Shown here piece after piece: positions 40,281-52,800 of a DNA stretch of 64,000 nt. Under the pieces are notes generated by a model. The model was given only the letters and a program-made list of their open reading frames with translations. It was not told where the DNA came from and made no database searches. Origin of the DNA: Chara braunii. Lineage: Eukaryota > Plantae > Charophyceae. The position numbers were made by a program, and so were the translations under genes. Position 1 is the first letter of the stretch. Every line of letters starts with the position of its first letter. The stretch covers positions 3,350,171 to 3,414,170 of the forward strand of contig BFEA01000030.1 of NCBI GenBank assembly GCA_003427395.1. The letters run 5' to 3'.

Positions 40281-41085
40281 AAAACGTTCCCGAAAATTCT
40301 TCCCTTTTTTTTTTTTTTTTTTTTTTTTTTTCCTTTCGTTGTAGCGCTTTCCCGCGTGCGGACGCCATGTCATTTCAAAGTTTCCGACAAGCTGATTTCG
40401 TCGCAAGAACCTGGTGCATAGGCGGCCGGCCTGCCTGTTTTCATATAGCGGCCGCGTGTCATCTTACCCCCGCCCCTGCCCGCCAGATGAAACACCAAAG
40501 CAGTCCCGGTTTCAAAAAATACGAGTCCCTGGGTCGTAGGCCTGCTGGGCGCCGACCTACGGAGAAAACTGCTCCGCAAGGCCAGGGATGGTGGATTTCG
40601 GTGTATTTCGGCCGGCGGGGGTAGTGGTGGTTTAAAGATGATGTATCCATGCGACGCTGGACCTGGTTTCCAGCAGGTGACACATCCCACCAATGGATGG
40701 AGCAGCCCTTTTGTGAAGACCTCAATTCCAGTGGGTCTCTCACCACCACTGGGATAGAGGCCTTGCAACAGAAAAAAAAGAGAAGAACGGAAGAAGAAGA
40801 AGAAGAATAAGCCCGAGTGCTCAGATGGAGGTTCCACACCCCCCCCACCGATGTGGGGGGGGTTCCTGTCGAGGTGGCGATGATAGGAGGGGTGAGCAAA
40901 AAAAAAGAAAAAACTGGAAAGAAAAAAAGAAACAGAGCGCTCAACAGCAGCAGGGTTTCAAGTTTGGGAATGGGCATACCGTCCCAAAATGGGTATTTTG
41001 CAATCGTATCGTTGGGGAAAAAAAAGGCAAAACAAAAGGAAAGGGAAAGAAGAAAAGAAAAGGAAAGAAAACTCTTGAATACTGG

Positions 41086-41252
41086 GGGGAGTGTCCCACT
41101 AGCAACTGGATAGGATTGAACGCGTGAATCTGGACGCGTTTGTGGAAAGGTGCAGCAAATCCATTATTGAACTACTCCTCTGCATCTCTGCTTAAAACAC
41201 GTCCAGATTCAGGCGTTGAATCCAATCCTCTTTGCTAGTGGGACCTCACCCC
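41086..41252. mobile_element. Palindromic MITE
   Basis: gtcccactagcaa..ggattgaacgcgtgaatctggacg versus cgtccagattcaggcgttgaatcc..ttgctagtgggac. Confidence 0.75.
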
Positions 41253-42243
41253 TGATTCCTCTTCCCCACTTTTGATAAATCTAAGTTGTGCCCTAAATCC
41301 CACAATAAATGTCCAATTCCGTTGCTCATATGATAGCTACCCACAGCTTCCCCACAAAAAAAGAACCTCCCCATTTCATGCCCTTCTTATTTCTGTCCCT
41401 CTCTCTTTTAATCAGACCATTGGTGGGTAATCCAGTCACGGAAGGTGATCCAGGCATCCTCCAGGGGTCTCTCTCCACTGCTCACCAAATGGGCAAAATG
41501 AGAATAAACCTTCCACTAGAACATGGCGAGACACACCGTGACACCGCCATATTTTTTGTCTTTTATGCATGTGGTGAGCAGTAGAGCGAGGCACCAATGT
41601 GATGGCCACCGCCTTTCTATTGGTGGGGAGCTGCGCCTGCGTGAAACCAGGTGCGGTGTCCCATACAGAAGATCCGAGCAGAAATAGTTGATGGGGTCAA
41701 AAGAAACAAAACAAGACAAATCCTTTTTGTTATAATATGCAAATGACGAGGTTGGGGACGACGGGACGTCACAATTCTACCCGGAACAGTACCAGGGCCA
41801 TCACCCGGCTTCAATTTGATCAGAGGCAGGGTCCTCTCGCAGAGGCTCTTCCCCCGGGAGCCTGTGCCCAAAGGCCAGAAGGACATTCCCCAACCATAAG
41901 CCTATGCCCCCAACCTGAGGAGATAAACACACCCCTCCCCGAAATGATGTCCCACTTGTCACTGAACATTCCACCACCATCTGCGGCTCTATTTCTCCCG
42001 CTTCCAGTTCCCAATGAGGCTCGGAGAACGTGGCTATTATTCCCCCATATTGGATACCATCCTTGCCACTGTCCAATCCACCTGTAAAAGTGGAGAAAGG
42101 GAACACCAGAGGGGGCAGTCGGGAGAAAGCATTGGGGGGGGGGGGGGGNNNNNNNNNNNNNNNNNNNNNNNNNNNNNNNNNNNNNNNNNNNNNNNNNNNN
42201 NNNNNNNNNNNNNNNNNNNNNNNNNNNNNNNNNNNNNNNNNNN

Positions 42244-42307
<64 letters not shown>

Positions 42308-44097
42308 GGGGGGGAACCCATGAGTGTGACTTCGTTACAACTGATTTCTTTCTTTTTGCCACTCTAAATTGAGACTCCTTTTCCACAGGGAAAACATCTT
42401 GCATACATAGTCTCCAACACAAAAAGGATCATTGAGAAGTAGGACACTACTACCAAGGCGGCACTGAGAAGGTGCTGGTACACCATTTAACAAAAAGTGA
42501 GGGCATATGACCATCTGGGAACGCGTCGCTTTTTTTTTTTTTTTTTTTCAACCACCAGTCCTACAGGGGGGTGCTACGAGCAGCCCCTCCTACTAGACCA
42601 GCCGGTGCTCAAATCTATTGGTGGGGAGCAACACCTGCTGGAAAACGGTTCTAGCGTCTCAATTTCGAGCAGTGAAAAAAACAAAAAGGGGTAACTACGG
42701 TGCAGTCACATTTTCAGTTCGGAATCCACTTCAGGCATCCCTCGAATACAACACATCCCCACCCAACCCTAAAGCTGGGTTGGATACATTCACGATTTTC
42801 CTTGCTTTGGAGTAAAATTCGTGAAACCCTGACTGAAACGCATTTAAAACTGAAAACCTTGACTGTGCCCTAATTTTCCCAAACAAGGGGTAAAAAAAAT
42901 CACTTTGAAAAATTTGGGGTTGAGGGGGCAAGGCGAGATCCAAGGGGGGGGGGAAGGGGCGGGAGGAGAGCATCCAAACATCATAACCACAAATGGCAGC
43001 TTCCAGGAAAGCAGAAGATGGATTTGGTCCACTGACTTGCATCCAATTAGTGTGGTTAATTCAATTGGGGCAAATGTGATTTGCATCTAATCTAAATGTA
43101 TGATTAATTGAATTTAATTCTAGAATTCTGGAGAACAGCACCACCTCAGCTCACCACTGGCCAAGACTTTCCAAGATTTGACACTTGTCTGCAAATATCT
43201 CACTCGTCTGTTATTGGCCAGGTTCATGACCTTAATTGGAAATCTGGAAATGAAGTGAGAAAAGGGAAAGAAGCTAGGCTACCAGCCGGGCTGCCCGGGT
43301 CACCTTGTTTGCCCGGGTGGCCCGGCCGTGCAAGGGNCCTTCTAGGTCCCAGCAAAAAAAAAAAAAAAAAGCCAATCGAAAAACTCTCAAAAACAGAAAT
43401 GCTTTCAGAAATATGAACTGAACAACTTTTTTTTTTTTTTTTTGTTATATAACTGGGAAATGGGCTCGGGGTCCCTTACATCATTTGCTGCGGCCAAACG
43501 GGCTAAGCAAGGCACTATCGGCCAAACCGATCCCTACTGCAGCCCCACAAGGTCATGACATCCAATCCCAATCCCAACCCTAAAACAAAAACCGCATTCC
43601 CTTATTTAAGAAACCGAAATCCTTATCCACCCCTTCTGCCAAACCGGCATTATTAAGCAATCCTAATTTAGCGAATTAAGCAATCCTAATTTAGCGAAAT
43701 CCAAGCCAGGTAACAAATCACCAACCAAAAGCACGAAAACAAGATTGTCAATGATCAAATCCTAGCAACTTTTGCCTCAGGGTCACATCGAAATTCTTTG
43801 TCGAATTCACACTGTGACCCTTTGTACATATGTACGAGTAGATGGGGTGAGGTGGACTGCATAATGCCGTATAATAAGGGTAATTGACGAGTGTAGATAA
43901 GTATCAGGGGATCTTTTGACACTCGGATAGGATAATCAGATAGGACACGGTTACCTTTTATAGGATTGTGGCTTTTTTCTATAGAGTACGAGTAGTGACA
44001 TATGTGACTGACTGTGTGGAAACTCAGATAGGATATGGGTAGCCTTAAAGCTGAGAAGGCCCTCTGTCTTGGAGTTCCCACCTCCCTTCCATACTTG

Positions 44098-44129
<32 letters not shown>

Positions 44130-44639
44130 NNNNNNNNNNNNNNNNNNNNNNNNNNNNNNNNNNNNNNNNNNNNNNNNNNNNNNNNNNNNNNNNNNNNNNN
44201 NNNNNNNNNNNNNNNNNNNNNNNNNNNNNNNNNNNNNNNNNNNNNNNNNNNNNNNNNNNNNNNNNNNNNNNNNNNNNNNNNNNNNNNNNNNNNNNNNNNN
44301 NNNNNNNNNNNNNNNNNNNNNNNNNNNNNNNNNNNNNNNNNNNNNNNNNNNNNNNNNNNNNNNNNNNNNNNNNNNNNNNNNNNNNNNNNNNNNNNNNNNN
44401 NNNNNNNNNNNNNNNNNNNNNNNNNNNNNNNNNNNNNNNNNNNNNNNNNNNNNNNNNNNNNNNNNNNNNNNNNNNNNNNNNNNNNNNNNNNNNNNNNNNN
44501 NNNNNNNNNNNNNNNNNNNNNNNNNNNNNNNNNNNNNNNNNNNNNNNNNNNNNNNNNNNNNNNNNNNNNNNNNNNNNNNNNNNNNNNNNNNNNNNNNNNN
44601 NNNNNNNNNNNNNNNNNNNNNNNNNNNNNNNNNNNNNNN
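44130..44639. other. Assembly gap (further gaps at 22495-23027 and 42149-42243)
   Basis: N runs. Confidence 1.
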
Positions 44640-47600
44640 ACCAATTTTCCCCCCTTGTGGGCCCCCAAGCCAATCGCGGCTGAATTCTTGAGTGTGCTTC
44701 CTGATTTCACTTGTTGAGTGCAGATGTTGGATTTTTTCTTTAACATTGTCCCATTGTGCTCTGATAACTGTTTGTATTTGTTGTATAATAGAGTCAGTGA
44801 ATTCAGGACCATCTAACCTCACCCCTTCCATCTCATTGGTACATCTCCTCGTCCATATGGCCCAAAGTACCGCTCTTCTTCCGGTTGTGAATAAGTTATG
44901 AGTAAACTCATTGTATGGTTCTGGTTCCCGTGATTCCAGCAATATGGCCCTCCATTCCCAGGGCCACTGGCAACATGTACCTAATGTATCCCAAATCCTG
45001 TCCCACCATCTCCACAACCAAATAACCCCTGGTCATTGTAGGAAGATATGCTCGATTGTTTCAGGGATTATTCTAACCGGGAAAGCAGTCTTACAAAATC
45101 GACACTAGGGAAGAGCTAACCCTTTCTGTTCCAGAGTGGTTCTACTAATCAACCAGTCATTTGTGGGAAGGCAGCGATGTTCTATTTGCCATTGTAATGA
45201 GGCTACTTTGGTTGGTTTACATTTCATCTTTCGGAACCATTTAATTGATCTTAGGATCTCTCTGCTTAGATTCAGCTGCTTTATCCATTTTTCTCCCACC
45301 CTGTCTTTTATGTTTACACTAGGTCTTAACATCCTATATGTCGATTTGACAGACAAGGTGTGAAGCATTCTCTTATATTTGCGACCTCTCCCTCTTGCTG
45401 AGGTCCACACCCAATTCTTGGGATCCAATGCAAGGCACTGGATTGGTATGTTGGGTTTGAAAGCCAACCATGTAGTGTTAAATTTCAGGACTCTGATCCT
45501 GAAAACTTGCTCTCCATCAACCCATCTGGTCTCCTCATCAGGATTAAGAGTGATTGTATGATCCTGTGTTAACCTATATAGGGTCAACAGATAATCACCA
45601 TTGGGGTTGATTTGCAAAATATTCCCAATTAAACTAGATTGGTTTATTATGGATACCCGATCTCCTTCTTCCAGTTTAGGCCCTTTTCTGAGGATCTTAA
45701 TCCAGTCCAATGGGATTAATTCCACAATTTGTTCAAGCGTTGTCGAGCGCATCGGCCCTCGCGCGAAAACGAGGGCCCTCCCGGCCATGTCACGCAGGAG
45801 TTTATCTAAAAACATTATCAAGAGACAACTCGGGAACGACGCATTACGAACCGCCGAGACGGACGCGGTTGCATCGCTCCTTCGCCGCTCTAGCCGGGTA
45901 CGCCAGCTATACATCCCACGCTCCACTACGACAGGATAGGTTTTCGCGGGGCATAAGCTTGCATCCCTAAGGGGCTGTCACCACCCTTAGGGCGTATCCC
46001 TACCGAGCTATTAACCCACGTGCGAAGGCTTTTAAATGCAATCGCAGAGGTAGATCAGCCGAGGGCGTTTGCTCGTCTCGCTGCAGTATAGGAGTCGCTT
46101 GGTTAACGCCAAGTGGACCCAACGCCGTTCGTCCCCCAGAGCGCTGATCTCCGAGGTAGGAAGCGGACGTAAGTCGACTAGGAATGTCTCAACCAAGAGT
46201 GAAACCCTTCATTAATCCTAGTCCCTTAAACATAAAGTCAAACGAAAGTTACGACCACCATACATATAATTATATCTAATGGGATCGATCGTAGCCGACA
46301 CGAATAAATATTCTCAGTATGAAAAGATAACTGAAGAAAAAAAAAATACAAATCATCATTTTATACATCAAATAACACAAGATCAAAAACTATCCGGCCA
46401 CCTCAGGTCGAATACCACAAAACAATCAAAACAACTGCCAACGAAAAGTTGGCTAATCGAAAATAATATTGATGTTGCCAACATGGTAGTCGGACAACCT
46501 CAGTTTTGACTGGATGAGATGCGTTACCAAAGTCATTCATTCCATCCTATCGTCGATCTAAGATTCGACGCGCATACCTGTCTTCGTTCATTTTCAATAT
46601 TTTTGGATGACAAACCGCTTGCACATGATTTTTGATTAGGGGCATTGCTTGACGTGAAGCATGCCTCTTCCTCTAGGAAGCAGTTTGGGGTACTCCTCCT
46701 CGTCCGAGCACAAGACTCGGATCTCAGAAGTCGGACCGTCTCCACCGAATCGGCAAGTACCCCCCCGTAGAACTGTCCACTCTGGATCGCTAACAGGGTC
46801 GGCTCCTGAAGCAACGAACCCCCGTCCCAGATGCTTCCTAGAGATAGCGGATGCGTCCATCGCAAGTAGCTTTGAAATTCACATATATATATATTTTTTC
46901 TCCTAAGTCTTGGGGTAACTTAAACGAAAAAAACTCAGAAGAGATAAAGAAAATGAGAATCATTTAGACAAGTACAGGTAGATAAGGTCGTTCCGGATAG
47001 AATGGGTCAATCCTTGGGAAAAGCTAAATCCGTTTGACCTTATCTGCTTTATTTCAATAAAATTCGTTCTTTGACACACGTTGAATAACATTTTTCCAAA
47101 AGAACGAGTTCTTTTTGACAAGCAGGCAGGTGAAAGGAAGAAAGAAGACAATCCTTTTCCTTTTCTCCAACAAGCGAAGTCAATCTCCATAGCAGGCACC
47201 CTTCTACCTACCTGCACAACATGCAAAAAAAACAAGTTCAAAGGAAAACAGTACAATCCCATACTCGAGTCAGACCACTCCATTCACATGCATGACTCAC
47301 ACAACTTTCTTCTGCCTTTTCTTTTGAACATTCAAATGATAAGGTCAAGCAAAGTGCGGGTTCACACAGGTGTGAAGGGAACTGAATCAGGTTAACTGAC
47401 CTTGAGTGAAGTTTGAACGGTACACTCAAGAAGACCGTATAAACTTTTCGTTCTCCTGACGAGAAGGTTATCGTACCCAGTCGTCACCAAAGTGATCGAC
47501 ACCACTCTCTTGTGATGACTGCCTGCCAGAGCATCCTCTCGGCACTCAATCACTTCCCAATGTTGAGGCAGCGTTACCCTGTTACCGCCACTTGGCTTCA

Positions 47601-47756
47601 AAANACGGCGTCTCCGCGGCGTCACCCTCACGCCACTTCAAAGTAAAACACCGCTTGACGCACCTTCTCTGTGTCAACGTCCCACCTCCACTTTCTGCAA
47701 AAATACTGCAGTTACTAGTGCCGTCGCTGTAAGAATCCGATACTGACGCCGTAAAA

Positions 47757-48188
47757 AAAAATCCGGCAGCGCTTCCGCACTACCGCCGAAAAAGCCAGAA
47801 CCACTGCCACAAAAATCGGGCAGCGCTTCCGCACCACCGCTGAAAAAGCCAGTGCCGCCGCCGCAAAAATTGGGCAGCGCTTCCGCACCACCGCTGAAAA
47901 AGCCAGTGCCGCGGCTGCAAAAATCCGGCAGCGCTTCCGCACCACCGCCGTAAAAGTCCGCGTCGCCGCTGCAGAATTTCAGCAGCACTTCCGTACCGCC
48001 ACAGTAAAAACCCGCGTTGTTGCCGCAGAATTTCGGCAACACTTCCGTATCACCGCCGTAAAAATCCGCGTCGCCGCTGCAGAATTTCGCAACACTTCCG
48101 TACCACCGCAGTCAAAACCCGCATCGCTGCCGCAGAATTTCGGCAGCACTTCCGTACCACCGCTGTAAAAACCGGAGTCGCCGCCGTA
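47757..48188. repeat. 54-bp minisatellite, ~8 units
   Basis: aaaaatccggcagcgcttccgcaccaccgctgaaaaagccagtgccgccgccgc grading into an agaatttcggcagcacttccgt... variant. Confidence 0.9.
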
Positions 48189-49064
48189 GTCCTGCAGCGT
48201 CCTTGGTTCCGTCCCGTTGGACCAGTGTCAGCTGAAAGGGAGGGAAGCAGAGTGCTCCCTGCCTTGGCTATGGCTGCCCAGTTCTCCTCCTTGCGCTCCT
48301 CTGCAGATCTCCAGCCTCCTCCAGCAGCAGTCCTCCAGCTCCCTCAGCTTGCGCCCCAACAAATGAGGCAAGTGTGTTGCCGCATACTGGCAGCTGGAGG
48401 CAAGTGTGAGGCAGCTGAGGGGCAGCTGCCTTTTTTATAGTGGCTAAGGAGGGCAGCAGCAGCCTCAGCTGCCCCTAGGCAAAATTCGTCACTTGCCTGG
48501 GGCCCTTGATCTGAGCACGATCAAGGGTCTGAGGTCGTCGCACCTCAGCCACACACTTAGGGAGGCAGTTGTACTCAACTGCCTCTTTCATTTTTCCTTC
48601 TTTTCCCTGCACTCATCTCTTTTCTGAGTACAGGTACATCAACAAAGAAGTTGCACGAAGTCACTTTCCCCCTCTGACCCTTTAGTTCAAATTTCTGGCC
48701 TGAATGACTCCATTCAGGCCAGTTGTTCCTGAATGTGGTGCATGGCCGCGGCCACGTTCGCGGCCGTGACTGTTCTTTTCCCTCCCCTTGTCTTCTTTTC
48801 CTTTTTTCCCCTGCCCTCCCCTCAAAACGGGGATGACAGTTGTCAGATTGGGAGAGGTAGGGCCTCCTTCTCCCGTCCCCTCCCGTTTCTCTCTCCCTCT
48901 CTGCTGCCCCTCAGTCCCACTCCCAACGCGCACGTTGTGGGCCGCGAGATCTAGGCCACGAATATTCGTGCCAGACGAGACTGGGAGCTCATCCTGCTCC
49001 CACACAGTTGAAAAGACTGTGTTTCTAACTGTGAGGCACAAAGGCCTCGTTTTTGTTTTGTTTT

Positions 49065-49127
<63 letters not shown>

Positions 49128-49410
49128 GTTTTTAGTTTTTGTTTTCACCCTTCTCGTTTTTCCCTGTTAGTCGTGTTCCAACGGTTGCGAACGGGGAGGG
49201 AGAAGACAAAAAAAACTCAAGAGAAGAAAAAAGAAAGAAAAAAAAAAAAAAAAAAAAAAACTTACCTGTAATGATGACTGGCGACCGTAGCAACAGCAGT
49301 GGCCTTGGCCACTGCCTGCGGGCTGTATTCTCCCGCGTTCTGGAGGGAGATTCATTCGATTTTGCTCATCCTATTCGTGGAAGTACCACAGGGCCAACCA
49401 CCAGGTGGGT

Positions 49411-49444
<34 letters not shown>

Positions 49445-49484
49445 CACCCGTATCTAGGTGCGTTCAGCGCCACATTTAGGCGCA

Positions 49485-49553
49485 GTGCAGTTCGTCGAGA
49501 TCCAACCTCCTGATGAGTCGGTGAAACCCGACGAAACAATCTGTGAGCTGCAC
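49485..49553 (+). ncRNA. Type III hammerhead ribozyme
   Basis: GUC (49494-49496), stem I gag/ctc, CUGAUGA (49510-49516), stem II gtcgg/ccgac, GAAAC (49533-49537), stem III gtgcagttc/gagctgcac beyond a 7-nt bulge. Confidence 0.8.
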
Positions 49554-49785
49554 GAACGGACGTTTATAGGAAAAGAAACTAAAAAGAAGAATAAAACAAA
49601 AAAACTAAGAGAAAATCTAAAAAACAGAGAATCTAAAAAAAATCTAAGAACAAAAAAAACAAAAAAAACAACTAACCTCCATAGGCAAAACGGGTGCTCG
49701 TTTTCAACGGGCGCCTTCTGGATCCTTTGGGGACTGTAAGTCCCCAACTTCTTCATACAGCGCCATCTTGCGCGTTCGTGGATCA

Positions 49786-49823
49786 CCACGAACTGTTGAG
49801 ATACAGACCCGAGTTCGATTCCC
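49786..49823 (+). repeat. tRNA-like module (same family as 18048-18085 and 56011-56072)
   Basis: gaactgttgagatacagacccgagttcgattccc with B-box. Confidence 0.7.
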
Positions 49824-49835
49824 TGCGGGGAATCG

Positions 49836-49895
49836 AAAAAAAATTCGAACCATTTCTCGAATTATGCGTGTTATCCTTGCGCAGGGGCCATGCTA
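49836..49895 (-). pseudogene. U6: U6 snRNA 3' half including the oligo-U end
   Basis: Reverse complement tagcatggcccctgcgcaaggataacacgcataattcgagaaatggttcgaatttttttt. Confidence 0.92.
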
Positions 49896-52800
49896 CCATC
49901 GCGCGGCTGATCTCAGCCGCGAGATCTTACGATCGGACGACCGAGATCGGCCGCGCTTGGATACATTGGGCTGCTCCAAAAAGGAGCAAGCACCAGTGGA
50001 TACGTTTCTTCATACTCGATCCCAGTATCAGTCAAGTAGTAATCTGCTGTCATAACCCACTGGGCTAGCTCTTATCACAACAGTGATAAAAGCTGCTCTT
50101 CTATATGAAGAGCTGCCCAGTCACTTCTGCCCCCATGCCGTAGCTTCGCAAGCTCTGTCTGCCTGCGGCCCTACAGGCACTACTTACCTGTGGTCGTGCA
50201 GACCCGCTTGCGGTCCTGCGGCCTTGCTCGCGGCTGTGCTGCCCTGCGCGCAGCTCTGTAGCTTTGTGTAGGGCCCTGTTGCTGGCGAGCCAATCTGTCG
50301 TTAAGACGACAACTGTCTGATGGCACGGCACACATGCCACAGCCACAACCACTTATTGCACCTGCTAAACCCTAAATCGCGCGGCCTACGGTCGCGCACT
50401 ATCTTTTAAGGTAGAATAATCTAACTCAAATTCTAGACGTCTGCATGCTTTTGCGGCTTCAGCGAAATTAAAATATCGTTATTTCCGGACATGAGACGCG
50501 TCCGGACCAAAGTCTAAAATTTTAACTTCTCAGTCATAGGTCTGGTCTGAATAAACTTTTGGTAAACGTCAGTCTCATCAAGTCCTTTAATCCAACGAAA
50601 GAGTCGGACAACATCCGACGTTTAAAATTCGACAGCGCTTCCTTTGAATGATGGCAATAACGTAGCTGCCCTTGTAATTCATCCACTGATATCCAGTCTT
50701 TATGATCCACATTCCAAATGTCTTTAATTCGCATGACACCCCTCTTAATCCAACTTTTCTATGGTGAATCCATATAATTGAGAACATATCCTTGTGAATT
50801 CCTGATCCTACCATTATTGAAAAAGGGTTGTCGGTACACTTCTTCCCATCTATCAGAAGCTACTTTATCTGGCAGGGGAAGTTCTCTCCAGGTTTTTAAC
50901 AAGGTAGGCTAAAACGGGTCTTTATTCAAATCCTTTCGAGCTGCACTATGATCTGAGATAACTCGATCTTCTACTTCATTTGATGCTTTCCTGGGAATAG
51001 TCCATGATGTATTTTCTAACCATATCATAGGATCTATATTATCAGGGGCTTCTGGAGCTAGTCGTCTAATTTGTTCCCATGCCAATTCTTTCCATGGAGT
51101 CTGAGGATTAAATAGTAATCTCTTAATCCACTGGATAGACAACGTCATTCCTTGTGTTCCCGGGTCAATAATTCCCAGCCCCCTTTTGACCTTTGGCTGT
51201 ATCACTGATTGCCAGGCCATTCTAATGATGACGTTTTGATATTCATGATTTCCACGCTAAAGAAAAACTACCGCCTGTCTTTGTAGAGACTTTGTCGCTG
51301 TTTTATCCATTGGCCATATTGTTGATTTGTACCAAGAAGAAGTCAACACTACATTGTTAATGATGATTGCTCGTCCCATTACTGAGGTATGCTTATTTTT
51401 TCATAATTCTAGCTTTGTTTGTGCTGGTTGAGTAATTCATTCATTATTCGTAAGTGGCTTTCCTTCTGCAGTGAGTGATATACCCAGCACTCTAACTGGA
51501 GTGTCTAATGAGACCCATTTCACTCTAGGCTGCTCAGGAGGTCGTACTCCCTGATAGTGGATCCACCATCCTAAGGTCTTATTACCCCAGTTGACCCTCA
51601 TATCAGAAAGGCGATAAAAGTTATTCATCATTCTCTGTACAACTGTCAGATTTTCATGTTATGCTTCTATCATGAGAGATAAATCATCAGCAAATAGGGA
51701 ACATACTGGTATAGCTTCTTCAGGTATAGATGTGACTTGGATGCGTTTGATGTCCTTATGTTTCCTTAGATTAGCTGCTAACGCTTCCATTATAATGATA
51801 AACAGGAAAGGCGCGATCGGATCTCCTTGCCTGACTGATCTTTGTAATGAGATAGGTGGAGCGACATTACCATTGATCGTTACTCTAGTAGTGGCATTAT
51901 GGTGCAGAATATCAATCAATCTCCTGAAAATATGACCAAACTCAAGCTTTTCAAGACACTTGTCCAAGAAATACAAATCCACATGATCATATGTTTTCTC
52001 AAAAAATCTATAAAAAGAATAACCGCATTATGTTTAGATTGGTGAGATAATTTAATCATTTCATTAATTAATAAGACGTTGTCCCGAATATTCCTCTCAT
52101 TTATGAACCCAGTTTGAGCTGGGTGGATAATATTCATTATGACTTTATTTAATCTGTTTGCTAGGGCTTTCGCTATTAACTTATAAACGACTGTGAGTAG
52201 GGTGATCGGGCGGTAATTGCGAATATTAGATTTACTTCTTTTTTTATACAATAAAGTTAGTACTCCTTGACCAACTATTTCCCCCATTTCACCCGTTCTC
52301 CATACTGTTTGGTAGAAATCCATTAGGTCGTGAGAAAAAAAATCCCAACTAGATTTCCAGAATTCCTTTGGGAAACCATCAATACCTGGTGTTTTCTCGT
52401 CTTCCATTAACATTAAGGCTGTCCAGATTTCGTCGTTAGAAAGAGGCAATTTAAGCATCTTCTGTTGTTCCTTTGTCATATTCTTAGTTAGTGGTGATAG
52501 GAAGTCCTCAATTTCCTCATTGCGTTGATGTCTTGGAATATCTCCAGTTCCTGATTGAAATAATTAAAAAAAAAAATATCTCGCTATCTTAGTACATGCT
52601 GCCGAGGATGTAACCATCTCACCATCATTACTTTGTGGGTCAGTTAATGCTTCTATCACTGTTCTTCCAGTCCTTATTCTAGTCATTGCAAAGAAACGAG
52701 CATCCATTGATCCTTTCGTATAATGTTTTCTGAGTTTTCCTATGATCTTATTCCCTTGCCAACGGTACTCAATGTGGCTTAATAGTTCCTTTTCTAGCTT

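Larger units (their letters stand above)
45741..50634. mobile_element. 4.9-kb non-coding TG...CA element (probable solo LTR carrying nested material)
   Basis: Ends TGTCGA...TCGACA; 4-bp TSD GCGT/GCGC (45737-45740 / 50635-50638); splits LINE ORF2 precisely; homologous to 23834-26713. Confidence 0.85.

Noticed and set aside
45105-45926. 273-aa ORF as a real protein
   Set aside because: Chimera of LTR-like sequence read into LINE ORF2; 57991-58569 is likewise a fusion of two LINEs.
47674-48042. Gly-rich repeat protein
   Set aside because: Translation of a 54-bp minisatellite with frame-breaking indels.
47561-48643. Nested solo LTR TGTTGA...TCAACA
   Set aside because: Flanks (cccaa / aagaa) show no TSD; cannot be supported without other copies.
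49260-49268. U1 snRNA 5' end (acttacctg)
   Set aside because: Only 9 nt match; it is also simply the complement of a splice-donor consensus.
48659-50126. AGTCACTT direct repeat as the TSD of the hammerhead mosaic
   Set aside because: An 8-mer match is expected by chance given uncertain boundaries, and there are no supporting termini.
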